Shown here: piece by piece, positions 13,279 through 27,100 of the stretch | Numbering within the stretch: the stretch's first letter is position 1 | Layout: each line of letters opens with the position of its first letter | Source: Bugula neritina | Taxonomy: Eukaryota > Animalia > Bryozoa | Direction: 5' to 3' | Assembly: GCA_964035545.1 (NCBI GenBank) | Contig: OZ037767.1 | Location: forward strand, 941,680-1,005,679 | DNA length: 64,000 nt | Notes under the pieces: generated by a model | Databases searched by the model: none | The model's input: only the letters and a program-made list of their open reading frames with translations | What the model was told of the DNA's origin: nothing | Program-made: the position numbers and the translations under genes

Positions 13279-16200
13279 CTTGGCTCAAGGAATGGAGAAG
13301 GCAGTTTCTCTGTAATTATCTCCACCTGCATGTACTTATTTGTGATTTTATATGCCAAGTAGTTACAGACTTGTATGGTAAGAGCTCTCTGTCTTCCATG
13401 TGCAAGGAGTGCATACGTCTGCAGAGTGAATGTCTGCAACTCTCTCCATACTCTCGGCTGTATTCCAGATAAACCAGACGTGTCGCACCACGGAGGACCA
13501 CTGGTTCTGTAAGAAGAGCATAGACGTGGCCAACTTCCTCAATCTCAACACCTACACCGATCATGACGAGTACTGTCTAGCCTATGTTCTCACGTACCGA
13601 GACTTTGCTGATGGGACGCTAGGCTTAGCATGGGTTGCCAAACCCGGATGTAAGTACTGATAATTCCCTAAAAGTTTATTGATTTACAAGAGTAACTTCT
13701 ACCGGTTTTCATGGTCACAACTAGAAGTATGTGAAGTATTCCAGAACATTCCATCTCTATTTCTTGTCATGAATTGAATCACTCGTCAGTGATTACTGTA
13801 TAGAGTGCAATCTACAGACAATAGAGAACGTTTCCTGTGTCTGCAGCTTTACTAGGAGGAATCTGCAGCAAGTATAAGCCCTACTCTGAATCGGGGTCCA
13901 AAAGACTGAAGAGTTTGAACACCGGAGTTGTAACGGTGAAGAACTACGGGGAAAGAGTTCCCAAACTGATGTCTAAACTAACTCTCGCTCATGAGATCGG
14001 ACACAACTTTGGATCTCAAGTGAGAATCTTTTCTCTATTTCAACAACTCGCAACTCATACACCTCGCAATATTTTGACATGCTAGCGAATGATTTTAACA
14101 TATCTTCTCTCTGAGTTTCATGTCATAAAGTTATTAATATGAATAGTTTTACTAACATTGAAATGTTTCCATTGACAGCACGATGAGTCGGGCAATTCTC
14201 TTGACTGCACCCCGTTTACAGACAACCAAGACGAGAGAGGAAATTACATCATGTACTACGCAGCCATTTCCGGCAAGAGATCCAATAATCTACTCTTCTC
14301 TCCGTGCAGCATTCAAAATATGAGCTTGGTGCTGGCTGATTCCACAAATACAGCTTGCCTCAAAAGTAAGTGTTGCTATATATAGCTACTGTGTTACTAT
14401 ATATAACTACTGTGTTACTATATATAGCTACAGTGTTACTATATATAGCTACTGTGTTACTATATATAGCTACTGTGTTACTATATATAGCTACTGTGTT
14501 ACTATATATAGCTACAGTGTTACTATATATAGCTACTGTGTTACTATATATAGCTACTGCGTTACTATATATAACTATTGTGTTACTATATCTAGCTACT
14601 GCGTTACTATATATAGCTACTGTGTTACTATATATAGCTACTGTGTTACTATATATAACCACAGTGTTACTATATATAACTACAGTGTTACTATATATAG
14701 CTACTGTGTTACTATATATAACTACAGTGTTACTATATGTAACTACAGTGTTACTATATATAGCTACTGTGTTACTATATATAACTACAGTGTTACTATA
14801 TATAGCTACTGTGTTACTATATATAGCTACTGTGTTACTATATATAGCTACTGTGTTACTATATATAGCTACTGTGTTACTATATATATCTACTGTGTTA
14901 CTATATATAGCTACTGTGTTACTATATATAGCTACTGTGTTACTATATATAACTACTGTGTTACTATATATAACTACTGTGTTACTATATATAGCTACTG
15001 TGTTACTATATATAGCTACTGTGTTACTATATATATCTACTGTGTTACTATATATAGCTACTGTGTTACTATATATAGCTACTGTGTTACTATATATAGC
15101 TACTGTGTTACTATATATAGCTACTGTGTTACTATATATAACTACTGTTTTACTATATATATAGCTACTGTGTTACTATAGATAAACTAATGCATTCAAT
15201 TACACAGATAACACCGATGGATACTGTGGTAATGGAATCATGGAGGGTACAGAGCAGTGTGATTGCGGGTTTAAGGATGACTGCTCCACCTGTTGTGGGT
15301 GCTGTGTTGGTAGAACCAAGGATAACGAGGGAAATCCAAAGATTTGTACGCTGCAGGCTGGTTGGTTGATACAACAGTTTAAATATGTACAGTCTGTATG
15401 GTTAAAGTAGTATTGAACTTGACTTCACTGTGTAGATTTTCTACTCCCCGTACTATTTACTCTGAGATTTGCTGGCTCTCTCTGTGAACAGGGATGCTGT
15501 GTGACCCCTCCCAAGGACCTTGCTGCTCAGCCAGCTGCAACTACCACAACACCACCGTCTGCAGTCCCGCTACCGAGTGTGCCCTCCAGGCTACATGTGA
15601 CGGGACGGGATATCACTGCCCCGCCCCAATACCGCTCAGTAATTTCACCGAGTGCAATGGGAAAACTCAAATTTGCATGAACGGAGTAAGGGTTGCTATA
15701 TATTGGTTTAAACTGTGTTTGGAGTTGTCATTTCCCTTTAATGTTTACAACTATTGGAAGTTGTCAGCACATGGAGTAAACATGACTCAAATACTTTGAT
15801 GTTAGCTGAACACACAAAATAAGTGGCTAAATTTAACTATTTATGTTTTAATGGGATGTATTTATGTTTATGTTAGTTGCCAAGGAAAGGGGGGAAAGAA
15901 AAACCCGCCATCTATCATCATTAAACTGTCTCGTGTCACAGGATTGGTTCTTGCAGCTTTATATTGTGGACTATATTTGAAATTATATTGCTACGCTGTC
16001 GTGAATTCTAATGTAGCTGACATATGTTTGGCCTCGCTTCAGTGAACATCATTAGTTTGTCTTCAATGTGACTAAGAGTGATATTACATAGACATATGTC
16101 TCTGTGTTCTTTTCAGCTCTGCGCTCTTCATGCGTAATAATAAATCTATATTATAGTAGATTTTTTTTCTGCGATATCATTTTTATGACATCTTGTTTTT

Positions 16201-19200
16201 CAGGAGTGTACAGGCAGTATTTGCAGTAAGATAAGAGGGGGGCTATGGGAGGAGTGTAGCCAGTCATCTGATGACAAGGGGGTGAACGCCAACTCTCTTT
16301 GTACTGTCAGCTGTAAAGACCCGAGCACTGGCACATGCCACAGTAGCTATGACCCCGGCAGCGTGCCCGCTGACTTCAAGGACATGTTACAGGCCGTCAA
16401 CAGTGGTGAGACCATCACCCTCAAGCCTGGTACGCCCCGTTTTATCTCCGGCGTAGTCTGTAGTTATCTTCTCCTGTTCAGTACATTTCCAGACTCTGCA
16501 GCACATTGTGCCATCAAAACTTTAGAATAAACTAGAATAGATTATTGAGTTGATCTACTATATTCTAGTGTGTATCAAAATACTTCAAATAGCACAGATA
16601 ATAAGTTTCCACTCTTAATCAGTGCTTTCTAACAATTGTTAGTCTGTAGTGTGTATAACAAGTATTAGTCTGTAGTGTGTATAACAAGTATTAGTCTGTA
16701 GTGTGTATAACAAGTATTAGTCTGTGGTGTTATAACAAGTGTTAGTCTGTAGTGTGTATAACAAGTATTAGTCTGTGGTGTGTATAACAAGTATTAGTCT
16801 GTGGTGTGTATAACAAGTGTTAGTCTGTAGTGTGTATAATAAGTGTTAGCCTGTGGTGTGTATAACAAGATTAGTCTGTGGTGTGTATAACAAATGTTGG
16901 CCTGTGGTTTTAGGATCTCCATGTGACCAGGATCTGGGGTTCTGTGACTACTTTGATGAGTGTCGGCAAATCGACGATTTGGGACCTTTGGCTAGATTGA
17001 AGAAGCTTTTACTAAGTCTCACGTCTCTGGAGAATCTCGTGGAGTGGCTCAAGGTGAGTAATTAGGTCACAAGAATTAGATCACAAGGTATATAGGTCAT
17101 AAGATATATAGGTCATGAGATATACACCGGCTTTCCATGTACCGATCTCAGATCGATCTCAGTGAGATCGATCCATGGAAAGACGCCAAAGATCGATCTG
17201 AGAAGTAGAAAAAGACTGCGCGCTACAATGTTGTCTGCTAATAAAAATGATAACTTATTGATAATTACTAAGCAAAGTATTAAATAATCATGATAGCCAC
17301 TTTTTCAGATGCCAAAACTTTGACTTTCAGTACAATGATTAAGAAAACTCAATTATATGCAGTAGAAGGTAAAAAAAATGGGAAAATTTAAATTGAGTTT
17401 AAATGACTATCAAAACTTAGTTTTATTAGCTATTTTCTTTGTAATTTTAAGCCTAACAGTCCTGTAAGTTTATTAATAATCTGCAACACATTCATTAATT
17501 TTATATAAGCTGTCAAGCTAAAATATTAAAATTAATTATTTTAAATTGGCCAAATTACCATACACTGAAAGCTTTGCTGCGTATAGTTTATAGCTGGGAT
17601 TAAATTTTAGACTACTACCATCTTGTTTTCAACAGTAGTAGCTTTAATCACTCAAATAGGTGAACAAATTATAATTTTAAAGTATCCTTCACTTGAGAGG
17701 AGGCAACTTCGCGAGATCGATCTGACACTCTCATGGAAAAACGATCGATCTGAGCACACTACTCAGATCGATCTCAGCGAGATCGATCTGAGATCGGTAC
17801 ATGGAAAGCCCGTGATATAGGTCACAAGGTATATAGGTCACAAGATATATAGGTCATAAGATATATAGGTCACAATAATTAGGTTACAAGGTATATAGGT
17901 CACAGTAATTAGGTCACAAGGTATATAGGTCACAAGGTATATAGGTCATAAGATATATAGGTCACAATAATTAGGTTACAAGGTATATAGGTCACAGTAA
18001 TTAGGTCACAAGGTATATAGGTCACAAGGTATATAGGTCACAAGATATATAGGTCACAAAGTATATATGTACCAAGGTATATAGGTCACAAGGTGTATAG
18101 CTCTATAGTTTTATAGACGTCATAAAGTCTGCTGTAGTAATCAGCTGTGATATTCACAGGTGTACTGGTGGGTAGTGTTACTGTCCGTAGCTGGCCTCGT
18201 AGCTTTCATGACTTTGCTGGTGAAGTTTGGGGCGGTCTTCACCCCCAGCTCAAACCCTGACAAAAGTGAAGCTCGGAAATTGTCTAAACCCCTGACTAAG
18301 CCAAAGGATTCTCGAAGAAAGGTGAGTCATTCAGCTGTATGATATGCTGCCTCTACTCTACTTGGTTATCTGTATATACTCTCTACTCTACTTGGTTATC
18401 TGTATATACTCTCTACTCTACTCGGTTATTTGTATATGCTCTCTACTCTACTTGGTTATTTGTATATGCTCTCTACTCTACTTGGTTATCTGTATATACT
18501 CTCTACTCTACTTGGTTATCTGTATATACTCTCTACTCTACTCGGTTATCTGTATATACTCTCTGCTCTACTTGGTTATCTGTATATGCTCTCTGCTCTA
18601 CTTGGTTATATCTAATAGCAGAAAAAGAGAAATGTTTTGCTAGTTGAACTCAGAAGTATTTTATATTTGAAGAGTGCTGTTGTGGTCCCAGAGGTGTGTA
18701 TTTACCTTCTCTAGAGAGCTAGTCAGTATTTACCTCTCAGTCTAGAGAGCTAGTTAGTATTTACCTCTCAATCTAGAGAGCTAGTCAGTATTTACCTCCC
18801 AGTCTAGAGAGCTAGTCAAACAAATTGCTGCTGTATTCTAAATCTTTGCTGCTATTTTAATGAGATGCCTTAAAATTATGGACTTTGCTTACTAATGCGG
18901 GCCCACTATGGCCCCCCCCAACCTCCGTGTAGCCTTAGTTCTCCTCAGTTCTTGACCTCTATTGATAGAACCTCCTGATATATATTTAGAGATGCGAGAC
19001 GAGCAGAGAGAGATATTATGTAACGTTATGTTTGAGTTTAGTTAGTGACTCCCGTAATGCATATGACTCCCTCGCTAAAACTGAGGCTATTAGACTGAGA
19101 TCTCTTCATCAAAGAGACACCGAGTGGTTGCTTAGCATTGCATCAATGATTTTCACCAGGAAATTTCTTAAAGCTCTCAAATTTGAAATTATATTGATTT

Positions 19201-19494
19201 ATGGGGTATTTTAATTTAATTGGTTTGTCAATTTTGGTTGAACATTAACAAAACAACATTTGGACTGCCAATGCGTTGAGTTACACTGAAAGTTTTGCTT
19301 CCTTGAAAAGTTCAAATGCGTAGAATTGATTGACTACATTGAGAGGGTGTGTCTTTAAACTAGTTTGTAAGGGGCGTGGCTACGTCTAGCCTCATTCTGA
19401 TCTCCATTTTTGTGTTTTCTCAATTCAGGCCGAAGGACCGTCGGTTGGCTATCGGCAAAGTGATGGGCGTGTGCAAATGAACTATGCCCAGTAG
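7841..19494 (+). CDS. ADAM10: ADAM10/Kuzbanian disintegrin metalloprotease, 16 exons
   Basis: Exons approx. 7841-7925 (signal peptide), 8850-8988, 9382-9503, 11049-11238, 11379-11490, 11592-11705, 12371-12499, 13469-13649, 13847-14019, 14179-14365, 15208-15360, 15492-15685, 16204-16428, 16914-17053, 18161-18321, 19429-19494. Furin site [27 protein letters not shown], zinc motif [11 protein letters not shown], Met-turn GNYIM, disintegrin [29 protein letters not shown] segment then TPSSNP. Confidence 0.93.
9148..9345. repeat. 22-bp minisatellite (TTAACCTGTTGACAGCGCTGTA)
   Basis: About 9 tandem copies just upstream of the ADAM10 exon 3 acceptor. Confidence 0.9.
10160..10338. repeat. 20-bp minisatellite (AGTCAGTTACTTGGTAGTCA)
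   Basis: About 9 tandem copies. Confidence 0.9.
11730..12362. repeat. 23-bp minisatellite (GTGATGTCACTGAGTATAACCTT)
   Basis: About 27 copies filling almost the whole ADAM10 intron 11706-12370. Confidence 0.95.
13242..13276. repeat. (CTG)n microsatellite, intronic
   Basis: About 11 CTG units. Confidence 0.9.
14369..15180. repeat. 21-bp minisatellite (GTTACTATATATAGCTACTGT)
   Basis: About 38 copies starting right at the donor (14366) and filling the intron. Confidence 0.95.
16638..16905. repeat. ~26-bp minisatellite (TAGTCTGTAGTGTGTATAACAAGTAT)
   Basis: About 10 copies abutting the acceptor at 16913. Confidence 0.9.
17125..17814. mobile_element. Non-autonomous DNA transposon with CAC termini (CMC/EnSpm-like), ATA TSD
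   Basis: Left CACCGGCTTTCCATGTACCGATCTCAGATCGATCTC; right end reverse-complements to CACGGGCTTTCCATGTACCGATCTCAGATCGATCTC. Subterminal GATCGATC repeats. Removing the element plus one ATA restores the host repeat unit GATATATAGGTCA. Confidence 0.82.
17815..18100. repeat. ~16-bp minisatellite (AGGTCACAAGGTATAT), also present at 17063-17124
   Basis: Tandem copies on both sides of the transposon. Confidence 0.9.
18350..18610. repeat. 30-bp minisatellite (CTCTACTCTACTTGGTTATCTGTATATACT)
   Basis: About 8.5 copies. Confidence 0.93.
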
Positions 19495-20439
19495 CCCCGC
19501 CCACTCATGGCAGAATTAGCTCCGCCCACATCCCATCTATTTTCCTGAACCTAACACTCTGTTATATAATCCTACACTCTAACATGCATCTGCTATTTTA
19601 CGCAGTCGTTTTTATGTTTTCAAAATTTTCAGGGGTCAAGTTTTGTGATAGAGAAATTATTTATACTAATTATTTACTTGCACATTCCACTTGAGTTTTT
19701 CTAACTTTTAGCTTAAATGTTTGCGTAATGCATTTATTATAATATAATATATTATAATATAGCATATTATAATATGTTATATTAGGTTATATATAATATA
19801 TTATGTTAATGTATATTATACACTATGATATAACATATAATAATATAATATGTTATATCATAATATATAATATTATATTAAAGTATGCTATATAGTATAT
19901 ACTGTAATATAGCGTACAGTAACATGCGTGATTTTCAATTGCATACACTTGTGATAAGATTTTATACACAGTTGCTAATTTTTCATTCTTTTCCTCAGTT
20001 TTCTTTGTGGCTGATATATTTTAATAAAAGTTTCAAAATGGTTTGTATTTTTTGGTCTGCGTATCTCAATAGAGCTCGTTTTACTTTGGAAATATTTCTG
20101 TCAACATGCATAGGACTTCATTTAAGGTAGCCGCAGGTAAATGTTGGGGAATATCTTCCTGTCTGCTAACTGATGGTACAAGGTGAGAAATAATTTATAC
20201 TAGTCTATGCAAGCGAAAAGTTTGGCAGTAGAAATGTGTAGTTATTAGAATTGTACCCATAAAAACGTCTTTCATTACACAAATATTTGTTGGGGAAACC
20301 CACTCAGCTATATTTTATTGAATTTATGTTTTATGTTCAATTTTTCTGGCAACTTTTAATTTGATGATAATTTTAATTACTTTTTGTGTGGGAACTTTTC
20401 AGTGGCCAGGTTGTCGTGTTGACTGTTAGTTTACTGCAG

Positions 20440-20660
20440 CTACCTGCACTACCTAGATATACCTGCACTACCTAGATATACCTACACTACTTAGATATAC
20501 CTGCACTACTTAGATATACCTGCACTACCTAGATATACCTGCACTACCTAGATATACCTGCACTACCTAGATATACCTGCACTACCTAGATATACCTGCA
20601 CTACCTAGATATACCTGCACTACCTAGATATACCTGCACTACCTAGATATACCTGCACTA
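20440..20660. repeat. 19-bp minisatellite (ACCTGCACTACCTAGATAT)
   Basis: About 11 copies. Confidence 0.93.
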
Positions 20661-21119
20661 AGTTGAGGAAACGAAGTTAACTGGAATCATTGTGGCTAAA
20701 CTTCTGTCCTTTACTCTGTTATATAGGTAAGGTTAATAATATTTATAATATTCACTATTTCAATATAGTTTTGTATAAGGAGTTGCAATGGTAACATGTA
20801 TATATTATAGGTTTTAATAGTTGCTTTGTCAGCCACTTACTGTATATATTCATATCTTCTGAAATGGGAAGCTAATTGCTTCGATTCTGCAACTTTTAAC
20901 AACCAGCTGCCTGGTTTTCTATTATTTGAAAATACAAGTTGGGGAAAGAAGTTGTGCTCAAAGAGAAAGTTGTATTACAGTAGGTTGTATGTTTTCTGTT
21001 TGTCTTTGGTGTTGATACAAAAATTCCACCAGACACATTAAATTCTATTTCATTTGTGTAAATTATGATGTATAATTTTTGTAGATGTACATATTGAGTT
21101 GAAGTTGGACATCTATAGA

Positions 21120-24100
21120 ATGCCAACTCAAACTGAAGGTACGTCTCTTGTGAACTGAAATGATGTGTCCTGTTTACAATAACATAATTACCTAATACTG
21201 AGAGCTATGATTGAAGGAAGCAGTCTGGTCTAGGGGTTAGAGCGTTTGCTTAGTAGACACAAAGTCATGAGTTTAAACCCCAGTAAAGGCCATCAGTGAT
21301 GTTAGAAAGAGCTTCCAGTCACAATTGCTCCTGTGCTACATGTGAATAAGTCATTAGTTCGATTTAAAAACAAGTATAATTAACCTTGACCTGCCTTTAT
21401 CTACTTTTATTCTGTTTTAGAGATTCTTATAGATGGTTTAGTATGGGAAGACACTCTTGCCATAGCTGCCTGCATGGTGGCAGTCATCATAGTTGGTCTG
21501 GTGGTGAGTCACTCATTCTCAAATTGACAAACCCGATCACTACTTAGTTACTGGGGTCATATTTTCAATTATTTAGGGTGAAAAATAATCAAGTCTGCTG
21601 TATTTCTGTTGACTAGTTTATCAATAGCTTATACTTTATGTACAACTATGAAATTGCTGTCTATTAATACCTTATATACTATATACAACTATGAAATTGC
21701 TGTCTATTAATACCTTATATACTATATACAACTATGATATTACTGCTTTGTAATTTTGTAGTCTTCAGCATATAACCGTGGATCAATTTCTGGATATTTC
21801 CTGGCAAACAGAGATGCTCACTGGTTTCCTGTAGGTACCCTCCCCCTACCCTCTCTCTACCCTCTCTCTCTACCCTCTCTCTCTACCCTCCACCTACCCT
21901 CTCCTGTATCTCCCCCTAGCTGCCCTCCCCTGTATCTCCCCCTACTCTATCTTCCTTCCCCTTTCTATATCTCTCCCCTTCTCTCCCTCCCCCTTTTAGA
22001 TTTTTATATTAAATCACAAAATACCTGATTACTCTACTCTTTGGAATCACTTATATAAAGCAAGATTGTGTTGTATCTTAAATTCTTTCTTTTCAGGTGG
22101 GTCTCTCAATATTCGTGTCAAACATAGGAATAGAACACTTCGTGGGCGTTGTGGCTGCTGCCTCCAGTCATGGGTTATCTATTGCCCTGTTTGAATTGCA
22201 TGTAAGTTGAGTATCATGAGTGTAACATTATAGTATAATATAGTATATTATGTCATAACTATAGTACATTATGTCATAGCTATAGTATATTATGTCATAA
22301 CTATAGTATATTATGTCATAACTATAGTATATTATGTCATATTGACAATGCTTTAGGCTCCGTTTATTTTACCAATACTTGGATGGATATTCATGCCAAC
22401 TTTTCTTGCCTCTGGTGTCAGCACAATGCCGGAATACATCTCCAAGAGATATGGAGGGAAACGGCTGGGGAGATCTTTGGCTATTCTTTCCTTAATGATC
22501 TACATCTTCGCCAGAATTTCGGTCTGTTATCTGTAGAACTTTTATCAGCAAGAGCATTTGTAGAGTACATGTAGATCATCTGTAGAATATCTGTAGATTT
22601 TCTGTAGAATATCTGTAGATCATCTGTAGAATATTTGTAGATCATCTGTAGAATATCTGTAGATCATGTGTAGATCATATGTAGATCTTCTGTAGAATAT
22701 CTGTAGATCATCTGTAGAATATCTGTAGATCATCTGTAGAATATCTGTAGATCATGTGTAGATCATCACATGTAGAATATCTCACAGGTTACAGTATATT
22801 TCAGACGATACTCTACGCCGGAACGGTGTTCGTGAAGAATACTCTCCACTGGAACCAACCAGCAAGTCTGCTGATGATGCTGTCAATATCCGCCATATGT
22901 TCAATGGCTGGGGGGATGACAGGGGTGTTGTGGACGGATGCCATTCAGTCAATCTTGATGATTGTTGGCACCAGCATTCTCACAGTACTCGGTCAGCAAA
23001 CTATTCTACCTTCAAGACAAAAGATCTTAGAAAAGTTTGATACTTTTGGTACTACACAACAGACACAGTATTATACTTATTTGGTTCATTCATGATAATG
23101 GAGTTATATTTCTCTGTTGTAGGTTTCGTCAAAATCGGAGGTTATCATGTGATGATGCAAAATGCTTCGTCAGCCATTGATTGGCCTTTAACTTTGAATG
23201 AGTCCCTTAGCTTTGAGTATGTCAGAAGTTGTCTGACTCTTTCTCTCAAACTTACAGTTGATAATTTATTACTTTCAACACTTCTTTTATATTTCTTCAT
23301 TGGAATCTCCATCTTATGGTTACTTACAACTCCAAAGTAAATGCCTATATTCCTAGCTCTCCTTCAACTCCTCTTTCAGGGGGTATGATGAATGTCCCAC
23401 ACTCAAACCTGACTCCTTTTACACCAGCCTGTTCCAGCCAGCTGACTCACAGAGTACACCTGGACTTGGCTACTTTGGTATTCTAATCTTAGGCATGTGG
23501 TACTTCTGCAACGACCAGGTATGGTTTTACTGAGCCATGTTGTCATGTGTATCAATCTGTTATAGAAGAACAGAAGTATTCTATAAAAACATCATGTTAA
23601 AATATACATTTGTTAGTATTCTTGACTTTCTACATAATAGAATATATTTTACATGTTTTCGCAGGTGATCATCCAGAGGGCGTTGGCCAGCAAGAACTTC
23701 ACCCACGCCAAGGCGGCCACCGTGTTTGCCGGCTATCTCAAGGTGCTCCCTTTTCTGACACTCATATTTTCTGGTGTGATCTCTCGAATTCTATTTCCTG
23801 GTAACTACAAGCATCAACAGTATTTCTCTGTATTTCTAGTTGTTCAGCGAGCATAGTCAGAGTTTATTATTGCACGAGTTTTTCTGTTTTTTGCTATCAT
23901 TATCTAACTATACTCACGTTCACAATATGGCAGTTTCACAATTTACATTTGGCAGATATACTAGCGTGCTCTACACCTGAACGATGTGAATTAGCCTGTG
24001 GTCAAAGAGACGGCTGTGCTAACATGGCACTTTCATTGCTTGTGTTCCACGTTCTGCCCAAAGGTATGTATGCCACACTGTAAGATTTTTATCAAATGGT

Positions 24101-27100
24101 AGTTTATCTAATCAATATTGCATAGTATTACCTTGAACTATTTGCGAAACCACAAAAATTGAAGTCTGCTCAATATTTTTTCAGGTTTTAGGGGGTTCTT
24201 TTTCGGCGTGACACTGTCAGCGTTAATATCTTCGCTGACATCAATTTTCAGTGCCAGCAGTACGATAGTCACGCTTGACTTGTGGCCGCAGCTACGTCAC
24301 AGAGCCAGTAACAACGAGAAGATGATAGTTGGTCGGTAAGCGTTCTGCTGCTCCTTCATGTCCTTATATGGACATGTCCTTATATGGACATGTCCTTATA
24401 TGGACATGTCCTTATATGGACATCTAGTTAGCTTTTACATGTAACAGTCAGCTTTGCCCCAATTTCCATACTTTCCTAATTGTTTGCTGACAGAGCTATA
24501 GTGCTGTTGATGTGTGGTGCCAGCATTCTCTGGGTGTTTGTACTGGATGGCGTAGCGGGAAATGACCTCTACCACATCAGACAGAAAGCTCATGCCTATC
24601 TCACTCCATCTATAACAGCCGTGTTCATGGCGGCCATGTTCTGGAGGAGGTCAACAGAAACAGTAAGTTAGTTGGTGTACGACATTCCATATTCAGATAG
24701 ACTAACTTCCAGTGAACTTTTCTTGTATTAACAGTTACTTGTGACTAATTTAATTCATGAGTTAGTAAGACTAATACTAATACCCGGGTGAGTCAGCAGT
24801 AGCTGTCCATAGACATCTTAGCAAACTGTCTTTTCAAACGGACTGAGAGTCTGTCCTTCTAATTACTACTGTTATTATTCTGAGTCATGTTTTCCTTCAA
24901 TACCAGAAGCTGTCGTTCTATCTCAGGGCGCATTCTACGGCCTCCTGTTTGGAACAAAGGTCGGCATACTCAGGTTCGCCATAGACTACTCGTACCCCGA
25001 GCCGAGCTGTCACCAGCCAGATACTCGGCCGGAGATTGTCCGCCATTTTCACTACTTGTACTACACGATCTTCCTCTTTTGTTTCTCTGGGTTGGTCATC
25101 ATCGTGCTGTCCTTGCTTACTAACCCTCCAGATGAAAAGCATGTAAGTAACCTGCACCCATGAAGTGGCCATATATTTTCTTTGCCATTTACTAACTGAA
25201 TATTTTTGGTTGCGTTCCTTCTCAAATTTAACAGTTGATTGGTTGCTTTGCATCATTAACTAGCCAAGTATTTATTTATCCTTAATTTAGTTGCTATGGA
25301 AACCGAAAATATTGCGCTCGAAATATATTTTATAATCTAACCAGCACATAATGTAACCATTTGTCACCTTAGAAAGGACTAAGGATTTATTTCTGCTAAA
25401 TTTTCTTCTAGTAATGCCCAATTTATAACAAACAGTTTCTTTGTAGTTAGCAGATTATATTTTATTACATCACTTTCTCTCATCAGTTTGTTATCAAACA
25501 ATTTTATATTATAACTTTTTTGTTATCAGTTGCAAAAAGCATTCAGCTTTGAAATTCACCGAATGAAGTTTACCAGTTGTCATGATGTACATTGTGATAG
25601 GTTTGTTAGTAATAGTGTACACTGTGATAGGTTTGTTAGTGATAGTGTACATTGTGATAGGTTTGTTAGTAATAGTGTACATTGTGATAGGTTTGTTACT
25701 GTGGTTTAAGGAAATATCTCATATAATAATAATAAACCGCTGTTTTTAGCTCCACAGATTGACATACAAAACTCGGAGAGATCTGGAAGAACCTGAGCCA
25801 TTCACGGATCAAAGTAGTAGGTCTACATTGAGTCTGAATCAGTAGTTAGTGTATGGTCAGATCAAAGTAGTAGGTCTACATTGAGTCTGAATCAGTAGTT
25901 AGTGTATGATCAGATCAAAGTAGTAGGCCTACATTGAGTCTGAGTCAGTAGTTAGTGTATGATCAGATCAAAGTAGTAGGTCTACATTGAGTCTGAATGA
26001 GTAGTTAGTGTATGACCAGATCAAAGTAGTAGGTCTACATTGAGTCTGAATGAGTAGTTAGTGTATGATCAGATCAAAGTAGTAGGTCTACATTGAGTCT
26101 GAGTCAGTAGTTAGTGTATGGTCAGATCAAAGTAGTAGGTCTACATTGAGTCTGAATCAGTAGTTAGTGTATGATCAGATCAAAGTAGTAGGTCTACATT
26201 GAGTCTGAATCAGTAGTTAGTGTATGATCAGATCAAAGTAGTAGGTCTACATTGAGTCTGAATCAGTAGTTAGTGTATGGTCAGATCAAAGTAGTAGGTC
26301 TACATTGAGTCTGAATCAGTAGTTAGTGTATGATCAGATCAAAGTAGTAGGTCTACATTGAGTCTGAATCAGTAGTTAGTGTATGATCAGATCAAAGTAG
26401 TAGGTCTACATTGAGTCTGAATCAGTAGTTAGTGTATGATCAGATCAAAGTAGTAGACCCCTGTCTACATTCAGTCTGAATGAGTAGTTAGTGTATGGTC
26501 AGATCAAAGTAGTAGGTCTACATTGAGTCTGAATCAGTAGTTAGTGTATGATCAGATCAAAGTAGTAGGTCTACATTGAGTCTGAGTCAGTAGTTAGTGT
26601 ATGGTCAGATCAAAGTAGTAGGTCTACATTGAGTCTGAATCAGTAGTTAGTGTATGACCGTTTCGGCTACTATTTAAAAATTATGTGCGGTGTTTTGTTT
26701 GTGTAGGGAAATCTGGTGTTAAGACGCTGTGTTAGCTTGTAGTGCTGAAATACTTATCCTATTTGGAGTTGTCACAAGTTTAAGTTATATAATGTGGAAA
26801 CAACTCTAACACTAAACTTTTAGATTCAGGAATGAAAAGACATGAAAATGGTTGATTGTATGTTGATGGTCTATAGACTGAAAGTTTACTGCAACGTTTT
26901 TCTGTTTTCAAATAAAGTGTATGTTTTGCATTTGAAGATGAGGGTGATAGGCAAAGCATAGAACTTCAAGCTAGAGGCAATTCTGATACTAATGGCCAAT
27001 CAGCTTTTGACAATAGTTCTGCTACTGGAAACACGTCTGCTACTGGAAACAAGTCTGCTACTGGAAATACGTGTGCTACTGGAAATACGTGTGCTACTGG

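Noticed and set aside
14370-15164. Long ORFs over repeats (also 949-1325, 2891-3237, 18339-18647, 27540-28085, 40490-40918, 53762-54167, 57397-57661)
   Set aside because: Translations of stop-free minisatellites, mostly inside introns of well-supported genes.
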